A DNA stretch of 63,860 bases, counting the filler, from Basidiobolus ranarum (Eukaryota), in assembly GCA_040143965.1 (NCBI GenBank). It is 31 parts of 31 records of this genome, joined end to end, with 100 filler letters (N's around TTAATTAATTAA, not from the genome) between each part and the next. Parts side by side here need not be neighbours in the genome. Positions count along the whole stretch, not along the records: positions 1 to 1,972 come from JASJQH010003993.1; positions 2,073 to 4,043 come from JASJQH010003994.1; positions 4,144 to 6,114 come from JASJQH010003995.1; positions 6,215 to 8,184 come from JASJQH010003996.1; positions 8,285 to 10,253 come from JASJQH010003997.1; positions 10,354 to 12,321 come from JASJQH010003998.1; 25 more parts are not named here. One strand, 5' to 3'. Below are positions 1-12,205 of this stretch, piece after piece. A program made the position numbers and the translations under genes. The notes under the pieces were generated by a model. That model was given only the letters and a program-made list of their open reading frames with translations. It was not told the DNA's origin and ran no database searches. Each line of letters begins with the position of its first letter. The first letter of the stretch is position 1.

Positions 1-731
1 CTCATGGCTCTCCAACCTCAACTGGTACTTTTCAAAGTGTAGAAATTAGCCCCAAAGTCAAAGGCAGGCAAAAAGCCACACAAAACACCGCAAAGCACCC
101 TCCGTAGTGTCATACTACAAGGACGTACAAAAATAGACAAAGTGCTTCCAGAGTATTTTCAAAAGTATGAAGGGAAAACACAATGTAAGTATGCAGAAAG
201 TGGCTTCAGAAAAAGAACGTTCAACTTGATATTCAGTCTGGTGTTGACCTTGCAGACATCTGGGAATAACCTAATACAGAGTGGCACCATATTGCAAGGT
301 AGCAGCCAGATAGCTGGAAGAATGTTGCTTCAGCAACATTAATACAATTGTGGGCTTTGATGGAGTTATTGATACAAACTTGTGTTGGGTATGATATAAA
401 CCTTGGGTATGAAGAACTCTATAAAGATATTCAGAAGAATATATCAAAGACACTAGTGATTTTGAAGGTGACAAATTAGCATTCAAGTGGTAATTGTATA
501 AAATTTGAGTTACATTTTTTGCACATGTGTTGATCCATAGTTCTCTAAGATTGTAGCCAATCACTTGCAGCTATTTTGCAAGATCTTGAAATTTCACTCC
601 TGAAACTCAAAAAATTGATTAAAATCAAATCAAACTTGACAATTTTATGATGGTAAGTAAACAGTCATTCCTAAATGGATTAAAATTGTGATGGTTTTCC
701 TACATTAATAATCCTCAAATTTCTGTTAGGG
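1..731 (+). mobile_element. CACTA/CMC-like DNA transposon, ORF2-side terminus
   Basis: Ends CTCAAATTTCTGTTAGGG at 731 and abuts copia sequence that is uninterrupted at about 21673. The same terminal region recurs at 14118-14376, 18625-18786, 24578-24722, 43387-43796 and 53680-53958. Confidence 0.85.
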
Positions 732-1972
732 GTTTGTTCTCCTTGGTTTTAGTACTTGTGGTTAAATTTGAGACAGGATTATTGGTTGTTGGTTTTCTGC
801 TAGCAATATTCATCACAGGGATTGGTAATGATTTGAGCTTTGTCATATAATCATTGGTGGCTCATGTTTAAGACCTTGTCCAAAATATGATATTTTCTAA
901 ATTTGGAAAATCTTTGTAGATAGTTTTGGATTCCAAATTTGGCCTAATTCCAGTATCTATTTCCAATGTATCATTTTACAAGTTGGTTTCAACACTTGTT
1001 AGCTCAAGATTGGTTTCAGAACTTGTTAACTCAGAGTTTGAGTTATTGAAAAATTGATTTTCAGCCAAAATCAAATTTTCTTAATTAGAAGATTTGGGAT
1101 TTTTTTCAATGACTATAGTATCTATGGAGTTGATGATTTGATTTGTGCCAGCAATTAGGAGACTATGGCCTCTGTTTAGATATCCTAATAGGATACATTT
1201 AATTGCCTTTTAGTCCAATTTCCTATGCAGAGGTTTACAAATATGAGCATATACTATTGATCCAAAAACTCTGAGGTAATTCAGGTTAGACTTGTTTCCA
1301 GTCCAGATTTTGATAGGAGTTTTGGAGTCATGGCTGCTATGTGTTGGACCTATATTTTTGAGATATGTAGCTGTTAAAATAGCTTCATCCCAATAGGTCT
1401 TAGGCAGATCTGAATCAATCAGCATTGAACATGCTTTCTCTAATAAAGCTCTATTCATCCTTTCTGTAACTCCATTTTGTTCTGCACTATATGGGATAGT
1501 AAATTGCTGCTTAATTCCCTTTTCTTGACAAAAGCTAGTTGTGGCTTCATTGCTAAATTTAGTTCCATTATTACTGCATAGATTTTTGACTTTTCTTCCT
1601 GTTATGGTTGTGACCATTGCTTCATATACCTTGAAATATTGGAACACTTCTCCTTTGCTCAGCAGAAGATATGAAACTGTGAAGTGAGATTTTTCATCAC
1701 CAAAGATGAGTAAATATTGGCACTTACTTGGTGTCAGAGTTTACATTAGGCCACATAAGTCTGTATGAATAAGATCAAATAAATCTTTGGCTTTGCTAGC
1801 TCCTTCTTTTGAAATGGTTTTCCGGTGATTTTCCTTTGAATATAGCTTTCACATTTAGTAATATCTGAGGGCTTAAGATCCATTCCTGTACATAGGCTAT
1901 TTTAAAATAATAGTTTCACACTATTATATTTTAAATGACCCAAGTGCTGATGCCAAGTTATCAAGTTTCCAG
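732..1972 (-). pseudogene. Ty1/copia pol fragment (GAG-pre-integrase/integrase), degenerate
   Basis: ORF 1210-1647 has rve integrase motifs (TIPYSAEQNGVTERMNRALLEKA, YWDEAILTATYLKN, LRVFGS). Same family as 20692-22388 and 24823-26787. Confidence 0.93.
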
Positions 1973-2072
1973 NNNNNNNNNNNNNNNNNNNNNNNNNNNN
2001 NNNNNNNNNNNNNNNNTTAATTAATTAANNNNNNNNNNNNNNNNNNNNNNNNNNNNNNNNNNNNNNNNNNNN
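1973..2072. other. Artificial contig linker (first of 30)
   Basis: N-run + TTAATTAATTAA (stops in all six frames) + N-run, 100 bp, recurring about every 2.06 kb up to 61806-61905. The contigs between linkers shrink monotonically from 1972 to 1955 bp. Confidence 0.99.
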
Positions 2073-2935
2073 TTCCTACCTGGTCTCATGCTGACTACGA
2101 ACAGTGCTCAGCTATTCCCATAGGTGCGTTGATCGTAGTTTCGTTCTTGCCTACGAAATTCAACTTTAACCAGATTGGAAATGCAGCAGACCCGGCATGG
2201 GAACAAACTTCTCTTTGGTCTTACTGTGTTCAAGGGACCTACTCAAATTGAATCCACAATGATGATCATCTGCTAAACACATATTAGCATATACATCAAC
2301 GTGTCATCTCGCCGGTCAGTTCTAGATCTCTCAAAGACAGAAGTTACCTAACCATAGCAGTCCCTTTTGTCCAAGAATCTTAGATTTTTACTCTAATGGG
2401 GATGATGTGGCTTGGCCATGATCAAACTAAGCTAGAGTCACCTGACATCTCCCTAATGCCTTTTAATGGTTACTACCGTACAGGACAAACTCATTGGCCG
2501 ACGTAGTAAGATTTCTCCAAAGTGCTCATTGCCGGTCGATTCAGTCTACATCTGTGTCAGTGCTAATCCTTGTACAATTGCGAACACCACTTTTAAGCAG
2601 CCCCAATGAGTTCCTATCTGAAGAGTTGGTTCAGCATACTCCGCAGAGTGTCCGAACAAAGCAGTGACTGGAAAACCAGATATAGGAAATTTGATTGAAT
2701 TTAGACATACATAACTCTTAGTACATTAGTTGAGTTTATTCTTATATATATATATATGCTTAAATCGACACGTCTTTAATTTCTCATGGAAGGTAGATTT
2801 GTATGCTGTGCTTATACACGATGGGTCCGAGACACAGTGAAGAATGGTCAACCTTTGTTTATTATAAATACAAGCTATAATGTTACAACGACAACAGAGA
2901 GGGAGCACGCGATCAATAATTACAATTAGGCTGAG

Positions 2936-3175
2936 TTAGACAGCAGTCGCTGGAATAGCTCCTTGATTCTCCAAATAGAGACTCATCGGTTGACTCTTAA
3001 AGCAAACATTCGCGGGCTTGGGTTGCTGAGGCACCTTCAGTTGATTATACTCGTATTGGGCAAACTTGATGGCTCTTTCACCCTGATTCATAAGGTCATG
3101 GCTGTCAAGAGCAGATCCAAGAGAGGCCTGAATGTAGCCGGTACTGGCGTGGACATTAATGTAGAGCTCATCCAT
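2936..3175 (-). CDS. Small orphan protein, 79 aa (MDELYINVHASTGY...IPATAV)
   Basis: ATG at 3175, TATAAAA at 3249-3255 upstream, AATAAA-like signal downstream, in a CpG-normal non-repeat contig. No family recognised. Confidence 0.5.
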   Translation of the reverse strand: MDELYINVHASTGYIQASLGSALDSHDLMNQGERAIKFAQYEYNQLKVPQQPKPANVCFKSQPMSLYLENQGAIPATAV

Positions 3176-4143
3176 TTGAACGCTTAGTATATTGTGATGT
3201 AAAGATAATATAGAAGTATTTTTGACTCTGCCCTGGTGCACTCGGCCATTTTATACCTTTTTCCAAGTGGTTTGTTATGTTGCTGTGTCACCGTACCACC
3301 TGGCCATGGTTTATTCCCTCCGTGATTTATCAAGCATCTGCCGATACATCAGAGAAACCGAGGTACTAGTGTACACCCCCAATCAATTGACACAAAAACC
3401 TAAGTATTTTGGGGGGGATTCGCAGAAACCAGATTTGGTACGTTAGGGATATCTAACCCAAGTCACTCCAGTAAAGTGACGACATGGAGTACGATTTTCT
3501 ACGATTTGGGTCGTGACCAATACTACTGAGACAACTACATAAGTTTCTCTCCATCGTCTTTGGAATCGTGACCTGGCTGCTATTTTGAACTTTAGATACA
3601 TCCTTTTTAACTTGTGCTCAAATGGAGAAAGACCAGAACGTTTTTGCAGATTGAAGGAACCTCTCTCCACCGGCTATAAAAGAAAGGGTATCTCATCAGC
3701 CAGCAGCAGTCGATCAACGAAAAAAGCCAACAATCCTGTATAGTTATCGCAACACTAAACTTTTGATTCAGAGTGTCTTTGAACACTTTTTCTTTTGCCA
3801 TGTGTCTCCACTTCTCTCAGTTTATTTTGGCGATCATCCCATTTATTTTATGGAATGCCTAATTGATTTCTTTAATTCGTCTCATTTTAGATTGAAACAC
3901 TGTACAGCTATCAGTATCGACAAGTCATCTCAGCATTTAGTACTAAATGTGTCTTGAAAACCCGACCACGGAAAATGGACCATTTTAGAATTTAGACTTC
4001 TTTTGAAACTCCGATTTGTTGAAGCATAGCTGCTGCTGCGGTANNNNNNNNNNNNNNNNNNNNNNNNNNNNNNNNNNNNNNNNNNNNTTAATTAATTAAN
4101 NNNNNNNNNNNNNNNNNNNNNNNNNNNNNNNNNNNNNNNNNNN

Positions 4144-4254
4144 CAATTAGAGCAATAAACACACGTTTTTGAATAACAGAATTGAGTGCTAAATAATCAG
4201 AATATGAATAAACTAACTACTAAATAATGAGTTGCTATTTACCTAATTTCAACA
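4144..4254 (-). repeat. Copia LTR family A, 5' end, inserted inverted into RNase H
   Basis: Reverse complement begins TGTTGAAATTAGGTAAATAGCAACTC, matching LTR-A copies at 4646, 13766, 20415 and 46596. Confidence 0.85.
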
Positions 4255-6114
4255 GGAATAGCCAGAAGCAGCAAGCCATAGCACCTTCCACTGTGGAAGC
4301 AGAGAATATGGCTGCCTTTGCTACTACACTAGAGGCTATGTGGCTAAGGAAGTTATTTACAGATTTAGGTTACATGCAAAAATGTTCTATTACTGTATTT
4401 GAAGATAATCAAAGTTGTTTTTCCTTAGCTAAAAACCCTACATTTCATGCTAGAACTATACATATAGATATAAGGTCTCATTTTGTTAGAGAAGCAATAG
4501 AGAATGATATAATTGAACTTGGCTTTTGCCCTACTGAAGAAATGAAGGCTGACATCTTTACCAAACCTTTAGCTAAAGCATAATTTGAATTATTAAGACA
4601 TAAGTTAGGTCTAAGAGAAATACAAAATAATTAGTTCAGTGGGAAAGTTGAATTTAGGTAAATAGCATCTCATTATTTAGCAATTATTTTATTCATATTC
4701 TGATTAATTAGCACTTGATGCTGTCATTCAAAAATGTGTATTCAATGCTCCAATTGATAGAAATATCAATTAGATTACTTTTACCAATTTTTGCTATTTT
4801 CTCATAACCTCTCCAAATCACCTCAATTTTTTACCCATGCTTAACAGGCATGTTTGTTATTCTCTGAGCACATCTGTTAGTGCTATTTCATAGTAAGCTA
4901 TAGATAGGACATATTTGATTCAATGAAACTAAAGAGTCTAATTCACAAATCCAAATCTTGTACAAAATGCTTCCAAATCCACCAAACACTTTTATCAGGT
5001 TATGGGCCCTGAGCAAGCTGTAAAGGAATGTCTACCAGTACTATTACCAATGTTTTTGCATCCACAGAGAAGCTTGATGGTGAAGACTTTCACCTTTGGA
5101 AGTTTAAGATACAAATGGTGTGAGAAGACAAGGACCTTTGGGGATTTGTTACAGGAGATGAAATAGAGCCCTAAGGGACCACAAGAAGCTATCCTTTCCT
5201 TTCACAAGAAGCAGAGAAAATCACTCCCTACACTTTGTCTACATCTCAGAAATTCTCAATGGAGGCACATACAATCAGCCAAAAACATCTAAAATGCTTG
5301 GGAAACTCTTGAGGGACTATATGAGACTAAAGGTCTGGCTAATAGGTTATATCTCAGGTGAAAAGTCCTCTCAATTCAGATGAATCCTGATGATTCTATG
5401 CTTAATCATATAACTTGAATAAAAGCTATGGCAGATCATCTCTCATCCATTGGAGCACTTCTAAATGAGGATGACTTATTCATGACACTACTAAGGAGCC
5501 TGCTAGGCAAGTTTGGGAACCTCATAAATATTCTAGAATCAAGATCAGAGCCATCAACAATGGAAAATGTTGATGCTAGGCTTTTGATGAAGAATTAAGG
5601 GGGATCTACTTCTCTGCAAAATGATGCAGAACAGGCATTTTTTGGAGTTGTAAAACATCCAACAGGCTTCAATAATGGTGCCCCCAATAGGAAATAAATC
5701 ACCTGCAAGTATTGCAAGAAACCAGGCCATGTAATCAAACATTAAACAGAAAGGATTCTTGCCAAAAAGCTAAGTTGGAACAAGCAAATCAATTAGGCAC
5801 TGACAGATATCATCTACTTGTGTCTGCCCTATCAGTGATCACTAAAGAAGGTTCAGAAAGGTGGTACATTGGTTCAGGAGCTTCCCAGCATATGTCAAAC
5901 AGGAAAGATTGGTTGCAATGCAAAAAAAGTAAGTCTACTTGGGTGATGAATATGCACTAGATGCAGTTGGTAAGGGCACAGGCATACTCAATTTAGACTG
6001 ATATTCAGTTACACCATCTGCAAATTTAGATGATGTACTCTATATACCAAATATAGCCACGGAGCTACTCTCAGTAAGCAAAGCAACAACTTGAGGACTA
6101 AATTTGATGTTCAG
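4255..6114 (+). mobile_element. Copia family A: RNase H - PPT - LTR (4646-4997) - PBS - gag/protease
   Basis: RNase H motifs (STVEAE, EDNQS, HIDIR.HFVRE, ADIFTKPL). LTR ends CACTTTTATCA, followed by PBS GGTTATGGGCCCTGAGC (4998-5014), gag from ATG 5028 (EKLDGEDFHLWKFKIQM) and a protease-like WYIGSGASQHM. Many in-frame stops. Confidence 0.92.
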
Positions 6115-6524
6115 NNNNNNNNNNNNNNNNNNNNNNNNNNNNNNNNNNNNNNNNNNNNTTAATTAATTAANNNNNNNNNNNNNNNNNNNNNNNNNNNNNN
6201 NNNNNNNNNNNNNNGGAGGTAGCTTGCTGCTAAATTCATATCTCAATCTAGTAGTATCATTGATGTTATAGAGAATGTGAAAATTTATATCGAACCTATT
6301 GAAGGCCTGGCAGGGTAATTTCCATGGTTGGAAAAAAATGCCTTATCCCAATTTTGCCTTATTCCATTTTTATGTAGAATTCTTAGGCCATTGTTACGAC
6401 TGTATCCATGAAATAGCATTTCAAGGTGATGTATTCTAATTGAATCCACACATATAGCCATATACATCACGATTTAGTATATATGGTATCAATTATGCTA
6501 GCATGTGCGTTAGACTATAAGCAT

Positions 6525-6598
6525 GTCTTCGTGGTGTAGTTGGTTATCACGTCTGTCTAACACACAGACGGTCCTCGGTTCGAATCCGAGCGAAGACA
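6525..6598 (+). tRNA. tRNA-Val(AAC)
   Basis: Acceptor GTCTTCG/CGAAGAC, anticodon arm TCTGT-CTAACAC-ACAGA, T-loop GGTTCGAATCC, T-run downstream. Confidence 0.96.
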
Positions 6599-7156
6599 TC
6601 TCTTTTCTTGATTGTATATTTCTTCTGGTAGTTTACTATTTTGGACTTTGTATGATTCTCAATGGATAATTCCAGACGGATTAGTATTGAAAATCCATAT
6701 ACTATGAAAATACGAGATTTCTAAATGAGGCTTCCATTTCGAAACTATATGCATCACTTTCTCTACGTGCCACTGAGCTCTTCATGCAGAGGATTAGCCA
6801 ATGTTACTACTAGTCACTTAATTTGAAAAAAGTGACTGAAGAAAGATATATGTATTGTTTGTGGAAGTCAATTTTGATTTCTTGTGTATGTGTGCTTGAC
6901 ATTTAGGTTTAAGTATTCAACACTAAATCAAGAAACTTTGACAACCCAACAAAGCCATAGTTTTATACATCATCTTGTCATTGGCCACTTCCGAGTCTAC
7001 CACTGCAATTACAAATTTAATTAATTGATATAATGTCATAATTGGACTTGCTAATTGAAGAATCATACTCTGAATCAATGGCTTATTGTTCGAAAAGAAT
7101 TCAACTGCTCCGAGCTTTCAGTATACTAAATACCAAAAATGCAGCAACAAAAAGAG

Positions 7157-7228
7157 GGGCTCAACTGGGAATTGAACCCAGGACCTCTCCCACCCTAAGG
7201 GAGAATTATACCACTAAACCATTGAGCC
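7157..7228 (-). tRNA. tRNA-Pro(AGG)
   Basis: Minus strand GGCTCAA...CTCCC-TTAGGGT-GGGAG...GGTTCAATTCC...TTGAGCC, followed by a T-run terminator. Confidence 0.96.
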
Positions 7229-7451
7229 GAAGTTACTATTTTTAAGTGCATGCTGTACTATCAACGTTGACATCACATCACCATTAAACAGCCAAATGTT
7301 GACTGATACAACAAGACTGACCGATCTGTAGATATGGCGATAGTAGACTCCGTATCGAGATTCATTGACACTTTGAGATCAGAAAGTGTATATTGCTGAA
7401 TAAGGGTTAACGAGCAGAATAGAATGATACAACTGCTCATATACACAAATT

Positions 7452-7524
7452 GGGGGTCTAGCTCAGATGGTAGAGCGCTCGCTTAGCATGCGAGAGGCAC
7501 TGGGATCGATACCCAGGTCCTCCA
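7452..7524 (+). tRNA. tRNA-Ala(AGC)
   Basis: GGGGGTCTAGCTCAGATGGTAGAGCG, anticodon arm CTCGC-TTAGCAT-GCGAG, GGATCGATACC T-arm, ends TCCTCCA then TTTT. Confidence 0.96.
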
Positions 7525-7694
7525 TTTTGATCTATCAATCATACTCCAATCGATTATCAAGTATGAAGGTCAGATTAACTCCAAGTAGATCTAACATTTT
7601 GCAACTTGCGAGGAGACTGTCGAGTGCGAAAAGGTATAGAGCCGGTAGTGTATTATAGCTCTACCGAGCCTGTTACCTTTTAAAAAAAGAGAAA

Positions 7695-7766
7695 AGGACG
7701 CAGGCGGATTTGAACCACCGACCTATTGATCTGCAGTCAATTGCTCTACCACTGAGCTATACGTCC
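7695..7766 (-). tRNA. tRNA-Cys(GCA)
   Basis: Minus strand GGACGTATAGCTCAGTGGTAGAGCA, ATTGA-CTGCAGA-TCAAT, GGTTCAAATCC, U discriminator. Confidence 0.96.
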
Positions 7767-7888
7767 AGACAGTATTCAGTGATGATCAACTTGCCGATTC
7801 CTTCAATTCATTTGGCTGCATATATCAACTGGAGTTTTCTTTAACTTTGACAAAATCTGAAATGGCCGAGCGCAGAAAACAAAAATAT

Positions 7889-7961
7889 CACCCAACGTGG
7901 GGGTCGAACCCACAACCTTAAGATTAAGAGTCTTACGCTCTACCGATTGAGCTAGCCGGGC
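7889..7961 (-). tRNA. tRNA-Lys(CTT)
   Basis: Minus strand GCCCGGCTAGCTCAATCGGTAGAGCG, TAAGA-CTCTTAA-TCTTA, GGTTCGACCCC, ends TTGGGTG. Confidence 0.96.
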
Positions 7962-8284
7962 TTGATATCAGTACGTAGCCATTCCTATATTATCTTGTTT
8001 TATACATCAAAGATTATCCTTACAATGAGAGGTGCATTCTGGTGTCAACCAAGTTTATGAAATGGGCAACGCTCTTCTAGTGATGGCCTTGTCTGTCAAA
8101 AAGCATAGTACATTAGTGGCGGTGGTTGTCTGCTTATTATAATAACATATACATCAGGTGTATTGGGGAATAGCCAAAGCACATNNNNNNNNNNNNNNNN
8201 NNNNNNNNNNNNNNNNNNNNNNNNNNNNTTAATTAATTAANNNNNNNNNNNNNNNNNNNNNNNNNNNNNNNNNNNNNNNNNNNN

Positions 8285-9193
8285 AAACTTTGCACACATG
8301 TTCCTGGGACCTTCCTTAACATATTCTACACATTAGTTTGTTTACATCTTGACAAAACTATAAATGTCAACTTTCTACTCAATAAATCAATAAGTAAAAC
8401 CACCAATTCCTCTAATTCTCCAAACCACTTCCAACAGGCTCCCAAATACTTTAACAGTAATTACCATTGCCTAAACACCTATATAGTCATATATAGTTTA
8501 GTACTTAGTTATCTTATATTTCACCAAGATATTATCTATTATTCTCAATTGGAATTTACTTCAAATATTTTACCAACTTACAAGTTCTCAGATATATTGA
8601 TTTTTCAAACTTGTGCTAAAAGCCCCAAACTTCGCCCACATGTTCCTGGGACCTTCCCTGACACTTTCTATATGCTAGGTTATTTAAATCTTGACAAAAC
8701 TATAAATGTCAACTTTCTACTCAATAAATAAATAAGTGAAAACCACCAATTTCTCTAATTCTCCAAACCACTTCCAACAGGCTCCCAAATACTTCAAAAG
8801 AAACTGCCAAGAAGGCATAAAAGGTTTTGGAAGACACCTGCCAAACATGCTCTATCAAAGTATTTTGGGAGCCTGATGGAAGTCATTTGGAGAACCTGAC
8901 AAAGTGATGGTTTTCACTGTCTAATTAATTGCATTGTAAGTTGACATTTATACTTTTGTCAAGATGCTACCAAACTAACATGTAGAATGCACTTTGAAGG
9001 TCCCAGTAATATGTGTGCAAGGTCTGGGGCTTCTTTGAAAAAACCATATATTGGAGAACTTCTAAGTTGGTAAAATATTTCAAGTAAATTCCAATTGAAA
9101 ATAATGGGTAATATCTATGTGAAATATAAGATAACTAAATACCAAGTTATGTATAGTGACTACATGGGTTTTTGGATAATGCTAATATCAACA
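8285..9193. repeat. Cluster of three copia LTR family B copies (two direct, one inverted)
   Basis: Repeated ACCACTTCCAACAGGCTCCCAAATACTT ends at about 8450 and 8795. The inverted copy ends GCTAATATCAACA at 9193, abutting RNase H. Confidence 0.85.
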
Positions 9194-10140
9194 AATATAT
9201 CAGCAATCATGGTTTCTGTAGAACAATAAGTTACAACAATAAACTTATTCTTGATAGTTTCTCTGATAAGAGATATCTAGCATCTATATATTGGCTTCTA
9301 GTATGAAACATGGGATATCCAGCTAATTCCATAAAACTTTGATTATCTGCAAATATTGTTGTTAGTGAATTTTGAGAGTAGGCCAAATCTGTTATGAGTT
9401 TTCTTAACCATATTGGCTCTATTGTTAAAACACAAGCAGCCATGTATTCTGCTTCTGTTGTTGAAAGTGCAATGGTATGTTGTTTTTCTTAATTCCAAGA
9501 AATAGCTCCATTACAGAAAAGAAATAAATATCCTGTGATAGTGTTGAAGTTTATTGTCTTTATCATATTTGTTATCTCTATCTCTATACACCTAACTATT
9601 ACATATCTCACATATAAGTGAGCTAACATTACTTAGTCAAGTATCACTTGGCTGAAAATTGGAACATATATTATATATATATATGTAAATAATGTGAGAA
9701 TTAGCAATTCCATTTAGGAAACTCCAAACTCATCCAAATTGCCCCAAAGATAGCTCATTTTACTCCCACAGATGTTCTGAACACAACCCCAGTGTTATGT
9801 TCTGTATTTCCACCAAAATGTATAAATGCTTTATTTCTGGACAATAAATAATTATCTCACAAAGCTATTCACAACTCCATTTTTCTAAAGTTCCTCTAAA
9901 CAGCCCATATTGTCCCAACAGGTAGAACCCCTGTCTTCAATATCTCTCCTTCAATTTGCATCTTAATATCCCATCAGATCAAAGCATGATTTAGAATATG
10001 TGTATTTTAAGCAGAGATCCACAGTACCTCTCAAATATCTCAATATCTACTAAACTGCTATTTTTGGATTAGATCCATAAATTTCAAGATATTAGCACTT
10101 AACTCCCACAGATTATGCAGTATATGGCCCTGTTGCAACC
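9194..10140 (-). pseudogene. Copia RT/RNase H fragment interrupted by a solo LTR
   Basis: ALSTTEAEYMAA and ADNQS motifs. The GSTTGYLF region is split by the insertion at 9542-9920. Confidence 0.85.
9542..9920 (+). repeat. Solo LTR family D with 5-bp TSD
   Basis: TGTTGAAGTTTATTG...CCCAACA, flanked by GATAG/GGTAG. Other copies at 39838-40216, 44366-44742, 55925-56302 and 61922-62300. Confidence 0.9.
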
Positions 10141-10398
10141 CTAAAATCTGTTGAAGTTTATTGTCTTTATCATATATGTTGTCCCTATTATCATACACCT
10201 AACTATTTATATATCACATATTAGTCAGTCAACATTATTTAGTCAAATATCACNNNNNNNNNNNNNNNNNNNNNNNNNNNNNNNNNNNNNNNNNNNNTTA
10301 ATTAATTAANNNNNNNNNNNNNNNNNNNNNNNNNNNNNNNNNNNNNNNNNNNNACCTTGGATCAATATATTAGAGTAAGTGTGATTGAACTTGATCAA

Positions 10399-10506
10399 GC
10401 CAGAGGGTGATGGATAGTGCCAAATTGTGCCGCATAAATTTTAGAATAATTTATCCAATATGATATATACAGCACAATCTGGCACTCTCACAGAGAACAA
10501 GTCCAT
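10399..10506. repeat. Unclassified repeat terminus with subterminal inverted repeat
   Basis: Matches 37207-37314 at 106/108 positions by eye. The two copies are joined to different retroelement targets. Confidence 0.8.
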
Positions 10507-12205
10507 GATGCTAGAAAACAAGGACTTTTGGGGATATGCTACAGGAGAAGAAGCCAAGCTAAAGGATCCAACCAAAGCAAATCTTGCCTTTCACAAGAAG
10601 CAGTGGGCAGTTCTTTCTACACTTGGTTTATAACTCAAAAGCTCTCAATTCAGGCACATACACTCAGCCAGAAACATCTAAAATACCTGAACAACGCAAC
10701 ACGTACACTATCTGACTAAAGGTCTTGCTAATATGCTATATCTTAGGCAAACAGTATTCTCAAATCAGATGAATTCTGGTGATTCTGTGGCTAATCATAG
10801 AAGCCAGATCAAATCTGGGACAGATCAGATCTCATCCTTTGTAGCACCCATAAGTGAAGACAACATCATTGTGACACTACTTGGCAGCATGCTGGACATG
10901 TGTGGGAACCTTGTTATTGTCCTAGAATCAAGATCTGAGACATTAACAATGGAATATCTTGGAGCCAGGCTTCTGAATCAGGATTTCAGGAGATCTAATT
11001 CTCAGCATATTAATGCAAATCAGGTGTTCTTTAGTGCTATAAAATGTGCAACAAGCTTCAATAATGGTGCCCCTAATAAGAAACTAATTATCTACAATTA
11101 TGAGACCAGGCCATTTAATTTTAGCACTTATTGTCAGGATGTAGCAACTCTGTCTGGGCTGGAGATTTGGATAAAAGAAGATTTATCACTGGCTATATCT
11201 TTATCCTAGAGAAAAGAGTTACATCCTGGAATATCAAGATTCAGCCTTCAAATGCCTTGTCAACTACTAAAGCAGATTTTATGGCTGTAATTCAAGCCAA
11301 AAAAAGGCCACAGGGCTAAGAAGTGTCCTTGAAGACTTGAACAATAATCAATCTTAACCCACTATCATCAAAGAGGACAACCAATGATGTAATGCCTCGA
11401 CCAAGTATCCTGCTTTCCACAGTAAGCCTGAACACACTGATTTACAACATCATTTTGTGATGGAAAAGCTTGAAGAGGATATTTTTCATTGGCAATATTG
11501 TCAGATTAGGAGTATGGTTGCCAATGTTCTGACTAAAGAATTATCAAAGGAGAAGTTCCAAATATTGCTAACTAGGGGGAGTATTGGAATATATTTAAGT
11601 AGTTGATTAAGGGTTTGTTTTAAATAGTATTATTGTCTACCATCACTTATACATATGATTAGCCTGTTGTCAAGATCCATTGACAATCATTAATTATTGA
11701 GATCAGGCCCAACATTAGTGATATATTCAGATATATTTAGATCATATGTGATGGCAAGTGATGAAGCATTTTATTAAGTCTCAGCCACAGTTGTTTTACG
11801 GTGTATAAACCAGTATTCAATTGATGAGTCATCAGCTCATGTAATCAAAGAGTTATCATATCTAATGGCATCTCCCAACCTTTGAAATAAAAGATCTATC
11901 AACAGTAGCATTCCTTACTGCTCTAAAACTCCTATAAAACTACTCATCCACTCCCTGCCATCAAAGGGTACAAAGCAAGATTAGTTGCAAAAGGCTATTT
12001 CCAGATGCCAGGAGTAAATCTTAATGAAATTTTTGCTCCTGTAGCCAAGTGCTGCTCCTTTACACCCATTCTGGCACTCTTAGCCATCACTGACCTTATT
12101 GCAACCAATGTAATCAAAAATAGCCTTAATGAATTGAAATCAGAGGACATATACATGGAAGAACCTAATTGAGTTGTTGACCCAAAATATACTGATATGG
12201 TTTGC
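10507..12205 (+). mobile_element. Mosaic copia debris: gag, RNase H, PPT+LTR (about 11582-11904), RT fragment
   Basis: gag ORF 10733-11209 joined to WAGDLDKRRFITGYIF; purine tract AGGGGGAG before TATTGG; RYKARLVAKGY at about 11970. Confidence 0.8.

Noticed and set aside
2073-2700. Possible spliced gene on the plus strand (GTGCGT...TTTAACCAG intron-like)
   Set aside because: I could not build a consistent open frame or recognise a domain by eye.
7042-7658. ORFs 7042-7245 and 7467-7658 (and 12905-13087)
   Set aside because: Shadow translations of tRNA genes.
7633-7665. Imperfect hairpin between tRNA-Ala and tRNA-Cys
   Set aside because: No cloverleaf and no A/B boxes; too short to call an RNA gene.
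9921-9935. GGTAGAACCCC after LTR-D as a possible PBS
   Set aside because: It is the target duplication plus resumed RNase H sequence of the host element.
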